From positions 48,980,001 to 49,044,000 of the forward strand of contig OX597836.1 of NCBI GenBank assembly GCA_951406725.2: a stretch of DNA of 64,000 nt, in the 5' to 3' direction. Numbering within the stretch: position 1 is the stretch's first letter; every line of letters begins with the position of its first letter. This DNA is from Octopus vulgaris. Lineage: Eukaryota. Both the position numbers and the translations under genes were made by a program. This document shows positions 27,784 to 40,487 of this stretch, piece by piece. The notes under the pieces are model-generated. The model had not been told where the DNA came from, did no database searches, and worked only from the letters and a program-made list of their open reading frames with translations.

Positions 27784-27935
27784 TTAAGTCAAGTTTTGTT
27801 GTATCAAGGTCCATTTGAGTAGGGAATTCTTGTTGAGTGAGTTGTATTGATGTGTGGGTGGCTTATCTGGTACTCCTTGAAGAAATTTGCCCAGATCCCG
27901 TTTAAAAGTGATGGGATCCTTTTCCTGTTTGATCT
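27784..27935 (-). mobile_element. CR1-like LINE 3' end fragment
   Basis: 'TFKRDLGKFLQGVPDKP...NSL' matches the C-terminal FK..LD.FL..VPD.P motif of CR1-group ORF2. Confidence 0.6.
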
Positions 27936-29156
27936 GACCCCCACTCTTCCTAGATATGGGCAGGTCTCGTAGTGTGTTGAAAGTGCAAATATTTCTTGGA
28001 TTCGAAATTAGGAGTTGTTGTCCTTGTGCCAGCAATTTTAATATATTTGTAAATCAAGAATAAATATTATTATTATTATTATTTACTTACTCCATCTTAC
28101 TCGTATTTCATTAACAAAGAAAACAACAACAACAGTTATATAAAGAAAATCTTATCAACAGATTCAGTCAGTCAGTCGCCAGCTGACACTCGTTGATGCT
28201 ACACCGAAGAGGCCAGGGAACAGAGGAAATAAGAAGATAGAAGACATGCACCCAACACCAGAGCTGAAGACACCTCAAAAAGGAGGGGAGGGGGCGCCAA
28301 GTCAAAACGGTAGAGGAGTAGGGGCCGAAACCGGACGTGGTTCCTCCTGATGATGTCTTGGGCTAACTGGATACTATAAAGGAGCTGTGGTGGTAGCAGA
28401 CCACGAAACACGGTTGAAATTCCTTCCATTGTTAAATCTTCAGAGTTTGCGTAGCTCTACATTACGGGCAGTGGTACAGTATCAGCAAATGCATAATTGA
28501 TGAGTTGGTTTGGTACTTCTTTAGGAATTCTGGCTGACTTTAACGCAGCGAGCTGTCAGAATTGTTTGCGCGCCGGACAAAATGCTTAACTTTATTTCTG
28601 AAAACGCTTTACTTTCTGAGTTCAAATACAACCGCCGAGGTGGAGGATTTGCCTTTCATCCGTTCGATAAAATTAGAAGCAGATACGCACCGTGGAAAAT
28701 GGAAACGATCAACCCTCCACTTCAGAATTACTTGTTTTCTACCGATTGATTTTAGCTGACTTAGCTGTGTATATGTATTTCTGTGTATTTATGTGTATGT
28801 ACACACACGTGTGTGCACATGGGAGTATTTGTGTGTGTATTTATGTAAAAAGAAAACACGACCGGTGTTGCGTAACACGGTTGATGATTTGCGGACGTAA
28901 ATCGCGAAATAAGAACTCGGAGCTGTGGTCAGCAAATCGCTTATGTTGTCTGACGCACAGTATGGCTGACGACCACGGAAAATTTGACAAAAAACGTAAC
29001 AAACGGAAAATTCGTAGCTAATTCCCCATCATTCAACGTCCAAGATATAAAGATTTCGAATGTCATCAAATATTCCCTTTGATGCGTTCATTTGTCAAAT
29101 TTTCCGTTTGTTATTTTAAATTCTTGAAATATTATTCATGTAATGCAATGCATTCC

Positions 29157-29228
<72 letters not shown>

Positions 29229-29488
29229 CTCAAGGCAGACGGTCGAAGGTGTGGCGGGAAGCGACGAAAGGATTTTGATTTTGACAAACAACCGATTGAT
29301 TGTTTAACCAACACATTAAACAAACAATCGATTAGTTGGTTGGATATTTAACCAATTTGCTAATAATAGAAAAGAAGTGATATTGAACCATGACACGACA
29401 GGATTTGTTCAGCAAAAGAATTTATATCGAAAATCTTGCAAAGCAAAATGCAAAAGCGAAGTCTATGTATGTACGTATGGATGTATGC

Positions 29489-29520
<32 letters not shown>

Positions 29521-30088
29521 ATGTATGTATGTATGAATGTATATGTGTGTGTGTGTGTGTGTGTGTGCGTGCGTGCGCTGGCGCATGTATCGTTTGGTAT
29601 TGTTGATCAACATGTAGAAAACAATGAAAATATTCACCGATGGGAAGTAGGACTCAATACACTTTGTAGAGTAAAGTTTATTGATAACATGGAGTTGACA
29701 GGGACTTCAAGTGGCACCAGTAACGGGGCTTAACGAAGCCATCACACTTCAGTTCGTTACTATAAAGACAAGTTGAACACAATACACATTATAGAGTGCT
29801 TATATACATACATTCCTACGTACATATGTATGTATGTATATATGTATATACTATGTAATATATATATAACTGTATAAATAAGTGTATTAAAAATCCAAAT
29901 TGTGGGACCGGAAACTTCCTACATTTGGATCTCTCGATCTTACCCTTGTATATCCATAATAAATGTATACATATATGTATGTATGTGTGTATATATATAT
30001 ATATGTGTGTGTGTATATATATATATATATATAAGTATATGTATATATATATATATAATATATATATATATATATACATATACTTATA

Positions 30089-30139
<51 letters not shown>

Positions 30140-30441
30140 GTGTATATATATATATATATACTCACATATGTATGTATACATATGTGCATGTGTATGTATA
30201 TGCGTTGGTGTGTAAAGTATGCTTACATGTACATCTGTGTGTACGTGAGTGTGTGTGTGTGTGCACGCTGGAATGATAATGGTATGTGGGATTGTAGACG
30301 AGAGGTGTTCTTGTTATGTGACACGCATGCGCAATAGGTTATGTTGACTGTTAATCCATGCAATGAGGTTGTGAATTGGTGTATAAATATAACTTTGCGT
30401 GTGTGTGTGTGTACACCTATATGTATACGTGCGTATGTTAA

Positions 30442-30507
<66 letters not shown>

Positions 30508-31414
30508 GTGTTATAGATGTGGTAAAGAATGCTGGAGGGCGACGGTGAAGGTTATGGGTGTGTTCTTTAGTCTAGTCGGTAGAGAGAGAGAGAGAGAGAG
30601 CGAGAATAGGAGGTGGCGGTGAGGTGTCGGTGGGTGGAGGCGGTACCTGATGTATAACAGTGGTGATGTGACGAGAAGGTCACGGTGGTGATGTGGGAGG
30701 GTCGGAGAGAGGTGGAAGGGAAAGTTACCAGCAGGTGGTGGTGGAGGTGTGGGGGCGGGTGTGAAGGAGGAGGAGGAGGAGGAGAAAGAGAAGGTAGTAT
30801 TTAAAAAAAAAAGGGGATTACACACGAGAGTGTCGGTGGGAGGATTAAACTTGTAGTGGTAGTAGTCATGGTGTTGTAATACGATTAGTAGTAGTAGTAG
30901 TAGTAGTATTAGTAGAATAGAGGACGGTTGCCAATTTGCGGTCAATGTCAGGTTGATGTGGTGGCAGTGGTGGTGGCGGCGGTGGTTTTTGGAGTAAGTG
31001 GGGATTAGGGAGGAGGAGGAGGAGGAGGAGGGGTGATTCTTCAGCAAAGTAGAGAGAGAGAGAGAGAGAGAGAGAATGTGGTTGGTCCGTGCGCGCGCGC
31101 GTGTGGTGGGGAGAAGCTATTGTTGCTAACCAGGGGTTAGCTCAGAACATGCAAAACTTTATCATGATCAAAGCGACTTCTCACCGTGACCATCACACCT
31201 ATTTTGCCTGTTCGTCAAACACAAACATCGTGTCTGTCATTACATTACATAATGTGTCTTTTCAGACAGAGAGTGGGGAGTGTGTGATTGATTTGAGGGT
31301 GCTTTGGCTGCTATTTCTAACCTCAATTATTGGTGTGGATATGGTGATGGGTCGAGGCGGATCTTAGAAGACGGAGGAGGGGAGCTTGAGCAGATATCGT
31401 TGGAAATTGTTGGA

Positions 31415-31445
31415 TATCTATCTATCTATCTATCTTGTCTATCTG

Positions 31446-31490
<45 letters not shown>

Positions 31491-31511
31491 TTATATCTAT
31501 CTGTCTATCTG

Positions 31512-31551
<40 letters not shown>

Positions 31552-31555
31552 GTCT
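31415..31555. repeat. Degenerate (TATC)n tract, 5' flank of Tx1-like copy 1
   Basis: TATC units with TGTC and TATT variants. Confidence 0.95.
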
Positions 31556-33552
31556 AAGCACCGTCAACACCATCAGTGAGTCCACCACCACCACCAACAC
31601 CATGGCAGAATCTGCTACTAAAACTGCTATCCCTACTAAAGATATTGCCACCAATAACAACACCAACATCACCATCACCGCCACCAAAGACCGTGCCGTC
31701 AATGCTACAAATACTACCAACACCACAGCCGTCACCAAGAACGACAATAACAACAACAACAACGACGACAACAACAACTCCCTTCAACCACTGCTCACTC
31801 CATCACCAACAAGTGAAAAAATAACGACGACAAGCAAACGAAATGTCGAATTTTGCCCTAGTGCAGGACTAAAGTACGCAGGCAATTTTCCACCCCTTCC
31901 TACTTGCACGATCGAACCTAACACACCAATTTTACAAACTGCAGCCAACAACATCACCACAAGCAACAACAATAACAAAACAACAACAAATTTCGCTGAG
32001 GCGATTAAAGAAAAAAAAACAACAATATACTTTACGGCTCAACAATTACAGGACACGAACATCAAAATAACAGAATCAGAAGGTATCGTAAAAATTAACA
32101 TACCAGAAGATATTTTGGAAAATGAAAAAAGACGAACAATCATTTATAAAATAGTTAACAAAAAAACAAAAATCCCAGAGAAGGCCAACACAGGCAAAAT
32201 AGAGAAGTGCCTGAAACCCATCTGGGATCACAAAGAATATGTAACCTGGTGGAACAAATTTGCCCACATACAAGTCGTTTTCTACACCGAAGAGTTAGCT
32301 AGACATTTCTCAACGCTAACTCTTCACTCAGATGAACTCCAACTTACACCAAGCTATCGGGGACAGAAAGTGACTAAGATCACTCTAAACAATGTCCCCA
32401 AAATAGCCAATAGTCTATGGCTTGTAAAGGCTTTATGCATAAAAATGGCGAATTATACTATTTTGGAAACCACAGTCACAGAGCATAAAAACTGGGTGGG
32501 AAAGAAAATAGAATTTCTTCTACATATACATCATGAAGATATAAAAAAAATACCCACCCAGATATGTGTATCAGACGACCACAAGTTATATGTGGTCGTC
32601 GATGGCAGAAGACCACGTTGCTACATATGCGGCAGTGAGCAACATCTCAAAAAAGACTGCAAATCTGCCGCAAGAAAACAACAGCAGCCGGAAACAAAAA
32701 CAAATAAACAAGGTCTACTACCCACACCACTTTTTGCAGGAACAAACCTCACCAAACAAACAACCACACCAACTGCAGCACCAAGAACAGAAGCAGCATC
32801 ACCAACAACAACAACCAAGAATATACCAACTCCCAAACCAAGGACATCTGCCAAAAAGACACCCAGCATAAATGAAGAAACAATTACAACTCCAAATCCC
32901 CACAAAATTGAGACCCTAAACAACACAACAATACCCACAATCACTCAAACACAAAATACCCAAACCCCACATCCAAAACCGCACACACCACAACCAAACG
33001 CTCACCAACCAACACCAACAACAAAACCAACACAGTCGACAATAGACCCCAATACTTTCCCTCTTCCAGACTCCGATTCGTCTGATCTGTCATTAGACGA
33101 AGAAGACACGGAAGATTGGCAAATAGCCACAGGGGGGAGAAGAAAAAGGGGAAAAAAAAAGAAAAGAAAAAATAACAAACAAAGCGGGAAGATACACCAC
33201 TCCCGAAACAAAAACATCCACAGAAAACACACACATCAACACAAACACACCATCATCAAACCCCCCAAAAATGTTGACAGCCATAAACACAAACAACCAC
33301 GACCTAATGGAACACATTAGGTCAAACACTAACATTACTGAAAACGACATAAAAACAAGTAACCACCCACACACAACACCACCACAACACATTAAAATAA
33401 TACACGTGACACAGAACACATACAGCACCCTGAAATCTCTTTACCCTGATGCAGTAGGGAGATTTCAAAAGTACTCATCAAAAAAACTGTATAAAAGCCT
33501 CATAGAAGAAGACCGTGAGGTGAAAGACAAAGAACTTTCGGAAAACAAGTAA
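31556..33552 (+). pseudogene. ORF1 of copy 1 (Gag-like, CCHC zinc knuckle); 5'-truncated, +1 indel in an A run
   Basis: CYICGSEQHLKKDC knuckle. A9 at 33152-33160 breaks the frame; A8 would read through to ELSENK* at 33552. Confidence 0.85.
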
Positions 33553-33594
33553 CCTTTTCTCTCTCCTTTTCCTTTTTTGCACTTTTATCGGAAC

Positions 33595-36500
33595 ATGCTC
33601 AGAATAGGTAGTATAAATGTACGTGGCTTGGGGTCGCCTTGGAAACAAGGCTACCTGTTAAATGACATCAAGTCACTAAATCTGAATATCATAGCCATCA
33701 GTGAGACCAGACTCCACAGCTTGCGGGCACTCCAGCACATTTTCGGTACACATTTCAACATTTATTTTTCTCCGTGTCTACCGAGAATGGGCGGAGGTGG
33801 CACCGCGGTGCTTATCCGGAAGAGTCTGGATCTCAAAGTAAGAGCAAATTTCCTAGACCCGGAGGGTAGGCTGGTCGTTTTGGATGTCGATGGCAGCAAT
33901 GAGTGTGCTTTTCGACTGATAGCAGTTTATGCTCCGTCCTTAACAGGCCGACCAGATTTCTTTCGACGTCTAGAGTCTTTCATGGGAACGTCTCGTCCTT
34001 TACTTTTAGTGGGGGATTGGAATGCCACCCTGGACACGCATCTAGACTACGTGGGCAGAGATAGCAATAGAAGGGGATGCAAATGCCTCAAAGACCTGCT
34101 CAGACGTTTCCAACTGTCTGACAGGTACCGACTGGACCACCCGAATGTGCCAATGTGGACATGGAGTAACCGCATCGGGTCGTCCAGATCATACTTAGAT
34201 AGAGTATTCTGTAGGACAATAGATAAAAATAGTGTAGGTTGTCCACAATTTCATATAGTCAGTTACACAGATCACAAGTTTGTGACTTGTACACTTGACT
34301 TAGATAAGACACATAGGCAGGGTCCTGGTTACTGGAAACTGAACGCGTCTTTTACAGCACGACAGGTTTACAGGGACCGGATCAGCACATTAGTTAAGAG
34401 AGCTTTGACGGGTACCATCATCAACAACAGATGGTGGTATTCCCTAAAAAAAGCGATTAAAGCAGAATCAGTCAGATACAGTAGAGCCCTAGCATTAGAC
34501 CGAAATAGAGTAGAGGGAGAATTAGTTAAGGTTTTAGAAGAGGCACTTAGAACTGGCATCGCGTCCAACGTACTGGCGGCGAGATTGGCCCTCGACCAAC
34601 ACCTCAACGCCAAACACGAGGGATGCGTTGTCAGAGCTAGGATGCGTGCTCTGAGGAACGAAGGAGTTGGAGCCGCCCAAGAGGCCCGAGTGGTGGAGAC
34701 GCAACGAGGCAACAGAGCCACCATCAAGTCTCTTATAGATGAACAGGGGCGCGAATTACTCGAGCCTAAAAGGATGTGTGGGGTTTTTCAACAACACTTC
34801 ACCCAACTGTTTGGGACAAGTGGTGAGTCAGAAAGCAGAGTGGACTTTAGTGCCTACCTGCATGCCTTGCCACGACTCTCAGCAAGGGAGGTGGAGTCTT
34901 GTGAAAAGCCTATCACAGCTGCGGACGTACAGGATGCGATGGTAGGCTGCGCGAGAGACAAGTCACCAGGCTTGGATGGTCTGCCCTACGAATTTTATTT
35001 TCATATGCCAGACTTGTTTGGAGGCGTCTTGGCAGCTGTCTACTGCAACTGGCAGCAGAACGGGAGTATTCCTGCTTTTGTAAAGCGAGGAGCAGTGGCA
35101 CTGATCAAGAAAGACCCAAACAAGGGGGACGTCATAGATAATTTCAGGCCCATCACTCTGCTCAACGCAGATTTGAAAATTTTGGCCAAGGTGTTAGCCG
35201 AGAGGTTGGCGCTTGTCATCAAGAAACTAATCGACAAGGCGCAAACATGCGCCGTGCCGGGTAGAAGTATTCATGACAACCTCCATCTGATGCGCTACAT
35301 CATAGACAGGGTAGTTAAAAATCCTGGCATGGGTGGGGCGCTGATCAATTTGGATCAATCAAAAGCCTTCGATAGGGTAGACCATCACTACTTGGAGGCT
35401 GTCCTCAAAGCGGCTGGTTTCGGTCCAGTTTTCCGCAGTTGGATCGCTGCCTTATACAGCGGCATCCGCTCAGTAGTTCGCGTAAATGGTCATCTATCCA
35501 GACCTTTTAACATCATGCGTTCGGTTCGTCAAGGATGCCCCCTCTCATCGCTGCTGTATGTACTGACTCTTGAGCCACTACTGCGGAAACTGGCGACGCT
35601 GAGGGGCATCCCACGAGAGCTGGGATGCGGGAGGAGCGTGTCTGCATACGCGGATGACGTCACCGTCATAGTGTCGAGCTACGAGCACATCGAGCTGGTC
35701 GGCGAGACACTGAAAGAATACGAAGCGGTAACGGGAGCAAAAATTAACCGGGAAAAGTCAGTGGGCTTGCGGCTCGGCACCTGGAGAAGCAAGCCCATGC
35801 CGTCCAACAGCGTCTCCATCGTGGGACGCTGGACGGACGGACCGGTTAAATTGCTCGGGGTCTGGTTCGGTCCGGACCTCCAAATGGAGAAGAACTGGGG
35901 CGAGATAACGACTAGGGTGGCTACTCTCACCCAGAAATGGACTGAGAGAAAGCTATCCCTAAAAGGTCGGGCGGAGGTGGCGAACGCGTACATCGCATCC
36001 GTCATCGAGTACCGTCTGACCGTCGTGCCTTGTCCCGACCCTACCATCACCAAACTGGAACGCATACTCTTCCGCTTCTTGTGGAAGGGAAACGTTCCGA
36101 TGGTCAGGCGATCCATTTGCTGCCAACACCCGCTAAATGGAGGGCTGGGCATGCCGTGGTTGATGATGCGCAGACATGCGCTGAGACTGCGACATCTCCG
36201 GCGCTTCATAGACAACGGTGAACAGGGGTGGTCGCCTTTTGTGCGGCGCGCTTTCCCGCAGCTCGTCTCCTTGGACGAACTACAGTCATGGATCAAGCAG
36301 AGACCGAGGCTAGGCGAATGGCACCGTGAGTGTCGCGTTGCTCTCAAGCAACTCTGCCGTCCGGGATCGAACTTGTGCGACTCCATCACAACAAAGGCAT
36401 TCTATAGAGGATTAGTGGAGGGGAGGTGCGACGACGAACTCGGGCAGAGTCTGGGCGTCGACGAGGAACACCTGACCCGCCTGTTCAGGACAACTTTCGG

Positions 36501-37032
36501 GCCGGGACCTATGAACAATCACCAAAGATCCCTGGCCTGGCAGTGCTATCGAGAAGCATTACCTGTTCGGGATAAGCTCTACAGACACGGTTCCAGACAC
36601 ACTGGACCGACTTGCCCGAGATGCGGTCAGAGCGACGAAACCGTTCTGCACGCACTCGTGCAATGTCCAACCATTTCCGACCTGTGGGCTTATGCCGAAC
36701 GGCTGCTGTCACGTGTGGGACGAATCCGCCTATCGGCCGAGTCTATCGTGAGAATTGCTCCGCCCCCTTCCCTCAACCGGGAAGGCAAGGCAGTTTTCAT
36801 CGTACTGGTGGCCATGGTGAAAGAATGTGTGTGGTGGACTCGAGCGAAAGGATTAGAGACAAACACTTACCTCTCTGGCCATTCGCTCATCAACTTTTTC
36901 AAGTACCACTTGAAAAGGAAGGTGAGAATGGAGAGGGAAGTTTTGTCTCGCGAAAGATTCAATAAAAGATGGGTGAATGTTGCAAAGATGGTGCGTGCTA
37001 GTAACGAAACCATTTTGAGCATGATCCTGTAG
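33595..37032 (+). CDS. ORF2 of copy 1, intact, 1145 aa: APE endonuclease, reverse transcriptase, C-terminal CCHC
   Basis: First ATG at 33595. Motifs SINVRG, SETR, VYAP, GDWN, YLDRVF, TDH; KSPGLDG, FRPITLLN, LDQSKAFDRV, QGCPLS, YADD; CPRCGQSDETVLHALVQC. Confidence 0.95.
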   Translation: MLRIGSINVRGLGSPWKQGYLLNDIKSLNLNIIAISETRLHSLRALQHIFGTHFNIYFSPCLPRMGGGGTAVLIRKSLDLKVRANFLDPEGRLVVLDVDGSNECAFRLIAVYAPSLTGRPDFFRRLESFMGTSRPLLLVGDWNATLDTHLDYVGRDSNRRGCKCLKDLLRRFQLSDRYRLDHPNVPMWTWSNRIGSSRSYLDRVFCRTIDKNSVGCPQFHIVSYTDHKFVTCTLDLDKTHRQGPGYWKLNASFTARQVYRDRISTLVKRALTGTIINNRWWYSLKKAIKAESVRYSRALALDRNRVEGELVKVLEEALRTGIASNVLAARLALDQHLNAKHEGCVVRARMRALRNEGVGAAQEARVVETQRGNRATIKSLIDEQGRELLEPKRMCGVFQQHFTQLFGTSGESESRVDFSAYLHALPRLSAREVESCEKPITAADVQDAMVGCARDKSPGLDGLPYEFYFHMPDLFGGVLAAVYCNWQQNGSIPAFVKRGAVALIKKDPNKGDVIDNFRPITLLNADLKILAKVLAERLALVIKKLIDKAQTCAVPGRSIHDNLHLMRYIIDRVVKNPGMGGALINLDQSKAFDRVDHHYLEAVLKAAGFGPVFRSWIAALYSGIRSVVRVNGHLSRPFNIMRSVRQGCPLSSLLYVLTLEPLLRKLATLRGIPRELGCGRSVSAYADDVTVIVSSYEHIELVGETLKEYEAVTGAKINREKSVGLRLGTWRSKPMPSNSVSIVGRWTDGPVKLLGVWFGPDLQMEKNWGEITTRVATLTQKWTERKLSLKGRAEVANAYIASVIEYRLTVVPCPDPTITKLERILFRFLWKGNVPMVRRSICCQHPLNGGLGMPWLMMRRHALRLRHLRRFIDNGEQGWSPFVRRAFPQLVSLDELQSWIKQRPRLGEWHRECRVALKQLCRPGSNLCDSITTKAFYRGLVEGRCDDELGQSLGVDEEHLTRLFRTTFGPGPMNNHQRSLAWQCYREALPVRDKLYRHGSRHTGPTCPRCGQSDETVLHALVQCPTISDLWAYAERLLSRVGRIRLSAESIVRIAPPPSLNREGKAVFIVLVAMVKECVWWTRAKGLETNTYLSGHSLINFFKYHLKRKVRMEREVLSRERFNKRWVNVAKMVRASNETILSMIL

Positions 37033-37333
37033 ATCGTAAAAAAGAAAGAAAGAGAGCATTTTTGACCTCATGTGTTTATTTCCTCCCTGACTGGGGTTCC
37101 CGTGGTCTTTTCTGTAGGCTTTTCTTCCCACGGATGAACCCAATCTTGTTATATCAATGTTTACACCATTATTTCTGTGATACACGATTTTCTTTTTTTC
37201 CTTTTTTTTTCCTCCTCTCGATCCCTTTTGATCGCAATCTTACATTTTTATTTTTTTCCACCCTCGAAAAGAAAAGCTCTGCATTTGTATTTGTCCCCTC
37301 TGTATTCAGCCCTGTGTGGCTAATAAAAGAAAG

Positions 37334-38083
<750 letters not shown>

Positions 38084-38307
38084 ATCTTGACTGACGGATG
38101 TGATGTCGTTTCGGCTCCGAAGGTAATCATTTATTTTGACTATTTAAAAGTGTATATTGACAAACATTTTTTGCTTAAAAGTTGTACAACAACATCCACT
38201 GTAAACCTTTGATAAATATCGACACAAAATTTTGCCCCTTGTGGGCAAAATTTAAAAGAAAAATTCTCATAGCCTTCGTGGTTTCATTTAGCCATTTTAT
38301 TTCCAAA

Positions 38308-40445
38308 ATGGCCACTGACCACCACGAGGCTGAGTTGCAAGTCAAGCGTGACGGAGAAACAGAAAAACAGGATGCTCTGTTAGCATACGCCGAACCTGAC
38401 AACTCCACCACCACCAACAGCAACAAATACAAAACAAAGGTCGCAAGGCCAAGCACCGTCAACACCATCAGTGAGTCCACCACCACCACCAACACCATGG
38501 CAGAATCTGCTACTAAAACTGCTATCCCTACTAAAGATATTGCCACCAATAACAACACCAACATCACCATCACCGCCACCAAAGACCGTGCCGTCAATGC
38601 TACAAATACTACCAACACCACAGCCGTCACCAAGAACGACAATAACAACAACAACAACGACGACAACAACAACTCCCTTCAACCACTGCTCACTCCATCA
38701 CCAACAAGTGAAAAAATAACGACGACAAGCAAACGAAATGTCGAATTTTGCCCTAGTGCAGGACTAAAGTACGCAGGCAATTTTCCACCCCTTCCTACTT
38801 GCACGATCGAACCTAACACACCAATTTTACAAACTGCAGCCAACAACATCACCACAAGCAACAACAATAACAAAACAACAACAAATTTCGCTGAGGCGAT
38901 TAAAGAAAAAAAAACAACAATATACTTTACGGCTCAACAATTACAGGACACGAACATCAAAATAACAGAATCAGAAGGTATCGTAAAAATTAACATACCA
39001 GAAGATATTTTGGAAAATGAAAAAAGACGAACAATCATTTATAAAATAGTTAACAAAAAAACAAAAATCCCAGAGAAGGCCAACACAGGCAAAATAGAGA
39101 AGTGCCTGAAACCCATCTGGGATCACAAAGAATATGTAACCTGGTGGAACAAATTTGCCCACATACAAGTCGTTTTCTACACCGAAGAGTTAGCTAGACA
39201 TTTCTCAACGCTAACTCTTCACTCAGATGAACTCCAACTTACACCAAGCTATCGGGGACAGAAAGTGACTAAGATCACTCTAAACAATGTCCCCAAAATA
39301 GCCAATAGTCTATGGCTTGTAAAGGCTTTATGCATAAAAATGGCGAATTATACTATTTTGGAAACCACAGTCACAGAGCATAAAAACTGGGTGGGAAAGA
39401 AAATAGAATTTCTTCTACATATACATCATGAAGATATAAAAAAAATACCCACCCAGATATGTGTATCAGACGACCACAAGTTATATGTGGTCGTCGATGG
39501 CAGAAGACCACGTTGCTACATATGCGGCAGTGAGCAACATCTCAAAAAAGACTGCAAATCTGCCGCAAGAAAACAACAGCAGCCGGAAACAAAAACAAAT
39601 AAACAAGGTCTACTACCCACACCACTTTTTGCAGGAACAAACCTCACCAAACAAACAACCACACCAACTGCAGCACCAAGAACAGAAGCAGCATCACCAA
39701 CAACAACAACCAAGAATATACCAACTCCCAAACCAAGGACATCTGCCAAAAAGACACCCAGCATAAATGAAGAAACAATTACAACTCCAAATCCCCACAA
39801 AATTGAGACCCTAAACAACACAACAATACCCACAATCACTCAAACACAAAATACCCAAACCCCACATCCAAAACCGCACACACCACAACCAAACGCTCAC
39901 CAACCAACACCAACAACAAAACCAACACAGTCGACAATAGACCCCAATACTTTCCCTCTTCCAGACTCCGATTCGTCTGATCTGTCATTAGACGAAGAAG
40001 ACACGGAAGATTGGCAAATAGCCACAGGGGGGAGAAGAAAAAGGGGAAAAAAAGAAAAGAAAAAATAACAAACAAAGCGGGAAGATACACCACTCCCGAA
40101 ACAAAAACATCCACAGAAAACACACACATCAACACAAACACACCATCATCAAACCCCCCAAAAATGTTGACAGCCATAAACACAAACAACCACGACCTAA
40201 TGGAACACATTAGGTCAAACACTAACATTACTGAAAACGACATAAAAACAAGTAACCACCCACACACAACACCACCACAACACATTAAAATAATACACGT
40301 GACACAGAACACATACAGCACCCTGAAATCTCTTTACCCTGATGCAGTAGGGAGATTTCAAAAGTACTCATCAAAAAAACTGTATAAAAGCCTCATAGAA
40401 GAAGACCGTGAGGTGAAAGACAAAGAACTTTCGGAAAACAAGTAA
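38308..40445 (+). CDS. ORF1 of copy 2 (about 712 aa if a -1 homopolymer indel is corrected)
   Basis: MATDHHEAEL start, CCHC knuckle, Thr/Pro-rich tail. A7 at 40047-40053 where A8 restores the frame. Confidence 0.8.
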
Positions 40446-40487
40446 CCTTTTCTCTCTCCTTTTCCTTTTTTGCACTTTTATCGGAAC

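Larger units (their letters stand above)
31556..37334 (+). mobile_element. L1/Tx1-clade non-LTR retrotransposon, copy 1 (5'-truncated)
   Basis: Begins AAGCACCGTC (equivalent to 38451 of copy 2); ORF1, 42-nt spacer, ORF2, T-rich 3' UTR, AATAAAAGAAAGT, then (TATC)n. Confidence 0.95.

Noticed and set aside
33140-33175. Programmed frameshift in LINE ORF1
   Set aside because: The copies deviate in opposite directions (A9, A7) around a frame-restoring A8, the signature of homopolymer error or slippage.
35679-36389. 236-aa antisense ORF within ORF2 (and 42573-43283)
   Set aside because: Expected shadow ORF of GC-richer coding sequence; its presence in two near-identical copies is not conservation.
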